A stretch of 8,237 bases of DNA, the filler included, from Acidimicrobiia bacterium (lineage in GTDB: Bacteria; Actinomycetota; Acidimicrobiia; Spongiisociales; CAZKJJ01), in NCBI GenBank assembly GCA_046759765.1. It is 5 parts of 5 records of this genome, joined end to end, with 100 filler letters (N's around TTAATTAATTAA, not from the genome) between each part and the next. Parts side by side here need not be neighbours in the genome. Positions count along the whole stretch, not along the records: positions 6,700 to 8,237 come from JBHICV010000308.1; 4 more parts are not named here. One strand, 5' to 3'. The notes under the pieces were generated by a model that was not told the DNA's origin, did no database searches, and saw only the letters and a program-made list of their open reading frames with translations. Positions 6,786 to 8,237 of this stretch are shown here, in pieces (position 1 is the first letter of the stretch; every line of letters begins with the position of its first letter). Position numbers and translations under genes: made by a program.

Positions 6786-7263
6786 GCTAGCACGAAACTG
6801 AGGACGGCTGGGTGGCTGCGTTGGCTACCCAGCTCCTCGCTTGGCTGCACACCGAGGATGGCCAGCTGACGGCGCCACCTCTCCCGATGAACGATCGGGG
6901 GCCATTCAAATGACTTCGGGCGACTGTGCTCTGATCCGTGTGTGACCCGAGATCAGCTCGCGGCCCGGCCTGCCGAGTGCCAGCTCGGTCTCGCCTGCCC
7001 ACCTTTCACGAACAGAACTGCTTCCCAGATGGTGGAAGTAAGCAGCCCGAGCTTCTGGCCCGACCCTCGCCTGGGAGATCAGGGACGCAGAGAAACCCCC
7101 CTACCCCAGAGATGACCAGCGCAAACCGGCTGGGAGGGATGCTCGGCCAACGGGCTGCTAGCGCAGTCGATATGGGCGGTTTCGTAGTCTTGTGTGGGAG
7201 GTGGTACGGGGCGTCGAGCCGGTCCGATTGCTGCCTGGAGAGCAAGTCATGGGAGGGGCAATC

Positions 7264-7968
7264 ATGAGCGTCTATGTGGACCTGTTTCAGGAGTCATTCG
7301 GCACCTCGTTGCTGGCTGACGCTGCGTTCCGAGCTGGTATTAAGGTGGGGCTGCCCTCATCGGGGCTGCGGCCTCTCGATATTCGGACCAAATTGGCGGG
7401 TCCGGTTATTACGGTCGAAGCCAACAACGATCTGGTGTCCATCTTGGAGGGCGTTCACCTTTCTGAGCCGAACGACGTTGTCGTGATCGCCAACCGAACT
7501 CCGGATGTAGGACTAATGGGTGATCTGATAGGAACAGAGGCAGTTCGGAGAGGGTTGGCGGGATTCGTGGTTGATGGTCTGGTGAGAGACACCATCGAAC
7601 TCGTGGACCTTGGCGTTGTCGTTCTCTGTCGAGGCTCCTTCCCGGTTGGTCCTCTCAAGGTTCCCGTCGCAGCGAAGGGTATCGGCATCGTCGGCGCGTC
7701 TGTGTCGATCGCGGGGGCAACAGTGGCTCCGGGTATGTGGGTGTTCGGGGATGCAGACGGCCTGATCATCCTCGAAGCTGACGATCTGGAGGTTGTCTTC
7801 GAGCGAGCCGAGATCGCCGCGCGACAGGAAGCGGCTCTCGCCGATGAGATCGCCTCAGGGACAGCCCTCGGGGACGCCTTTGAACTCGACTCGTTCCTTA
7901 CCAAACGCCGCAAGGACCCCGACGCCGACTTCAACACCCACCTCGCCGCTATCAACCGAGCCATCTGA
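7264..7968 (+). CDS. RraA / HMG-CHA aldolase family protein, 234 aa
   Basis: TSLLADA, KLAGPVITV, DVVVI, GLMGDLIG..A..RGLAGFVVDGLVRD..EL, VSIAGATVAPG..VFGDADG are the RraA-like fold motifs, with the Arg-Asp of DG.VRD intact. The ATG at 7264 has a GGAGG RBS at 7252-7256. The track's GTG at 7192 is probably too early. Confidence 0.92.
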   Translation: MSVYVDLFQESFGTSLLADAAFRAGIKVGLPSSGLRPLDIRTKLAGPVITVEANNDLVSILEGVHLSEPNDVVVIANRTPDVGLMGDLIGTEAVRRGLAGFVVDGLVRDTIELVDLGVVVLCRGSFPVGPLKVPVAAKGIGIVGASVSIAGATVAPGMWVFGDADGLIILEADDLEVVFERAEIAARQEAALADEIASGTALGDAFELDSFLTKRRKDPDADFNTHLAAINRAI

Positions 7969-8047
7969 CCAGCCCCAAAACCGATACCCACGCCCCACTT
8001 CCCAACCAGCGCATATGTGATGCCGATTGGGCGGGTGGAAGCGCAGC

Positions 8048-8079
8048 TCGTATATCGTCTGAACTGAGACGACATACGA
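8048..8079. promoter_or_regulatory. Inverted repeat (13-bp arms, 12/13 match, 6-nt spacer) touching the csp Shine-Dalgarno
   Basis: TCGTATATCGTCT (8048-8060), GAACTG, AGACGACATACGA (8067-8079). The SD-like GAAAGG is at 8078-8083. The repeat is seen directly; its function is inferred. Confidence 0.5.
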
Positions 8080-8092
8080 AAGGCACACCCAC

Positions 8093-8237
8093 ATGGCAAC
8101 CGGAACCGTAAAGTGGTTCAACTCGGACATGGGCTACGGCTTCATCGCTCGGGAAGAGGGTGACGACGTGTTTGTCCACCAGTCGAACATCGCAGACGGC
8201 GGCGACTATGCGACACTGGAGGAGGGTCAAACCGTCG
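8093..8237 (+). CDS. csp: Cold-shock domain protein (CspA family), 3'-partial
   Basis: [48 protein letters not shown] has the GTVKWFN, RNP1 (GYGFI) and RNP2 (DVFVH) motifs. GAAAGG RBS upstream. Not in the ORF track because it runs off the window. Confidence 0.96.
   Translation, partial: MATGTVKWFNSDMGYGFIAREEGDDVFVHQSNIADGGDYATLEEGQTV

Noticed and set aside
6917..6967. Bulged hairpin as an integron attC site
   Set aside because: It lacks the RYYYAAC/GTTRRRY core ends, and no integrase is present.
7455..8230. Minus-strand ORFs 7455-8099, 7855-8130 and 7952-8230, and plus-strand 7274-7486 and 7793-8020
   Set aside because: They overlap the RraA-like and csp genes in antisense or alternative frames and have no motifs of their own.
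1..8237. A multi-gene system linking the glycosylase, kinase, IS66 and RraA/Csp genes
   Set aside because: The genes lie on separate, size-ordered contigs, so no physical linkage is shown.

Overview
This window is not one locus. It holds five short contigs (1-1590, 1691-3270, 3371-4948, 5049-6599, 6700-8237) joined by 100-nt N spacers, each carrying a TTAATTAATTAA six-frame-stop linker. Their lengths fall in order (>=1590, 1580, 1578, 1551, >=1538), so adjacency across gaps is very likely meaningless. Contents: (1) most of a glucose-6-phosphate isomerase gene (pgi, minus strand, missed by the ORF track); (2) a divergent HhH-GPD (AlkA/OGG1-like) DNA glycosylase next to the probable right end of an IS256-family element; (3) a secreted stand-alone Cache/PDC-like protein followed by a membrane HAMP-HisKA sensor kinase (partial); (4) an IS66-family element in which tnpA-tnpB point towards the tnpC 3' end instead of lying in the usual A-B-C order; (5) a hairpin-rich non-coding stretch, an RraA/HMG-aldolase family gene and the 5' part of a cold-shock protein gene. 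The best leads are the convergent IS66 layout, the possible two-part periplasmic sensor, the structured region at 6800-7180, and motifs shared by the upstream regions of contigs 2 and 5. No new system can be claimed firmly from sequence alone.
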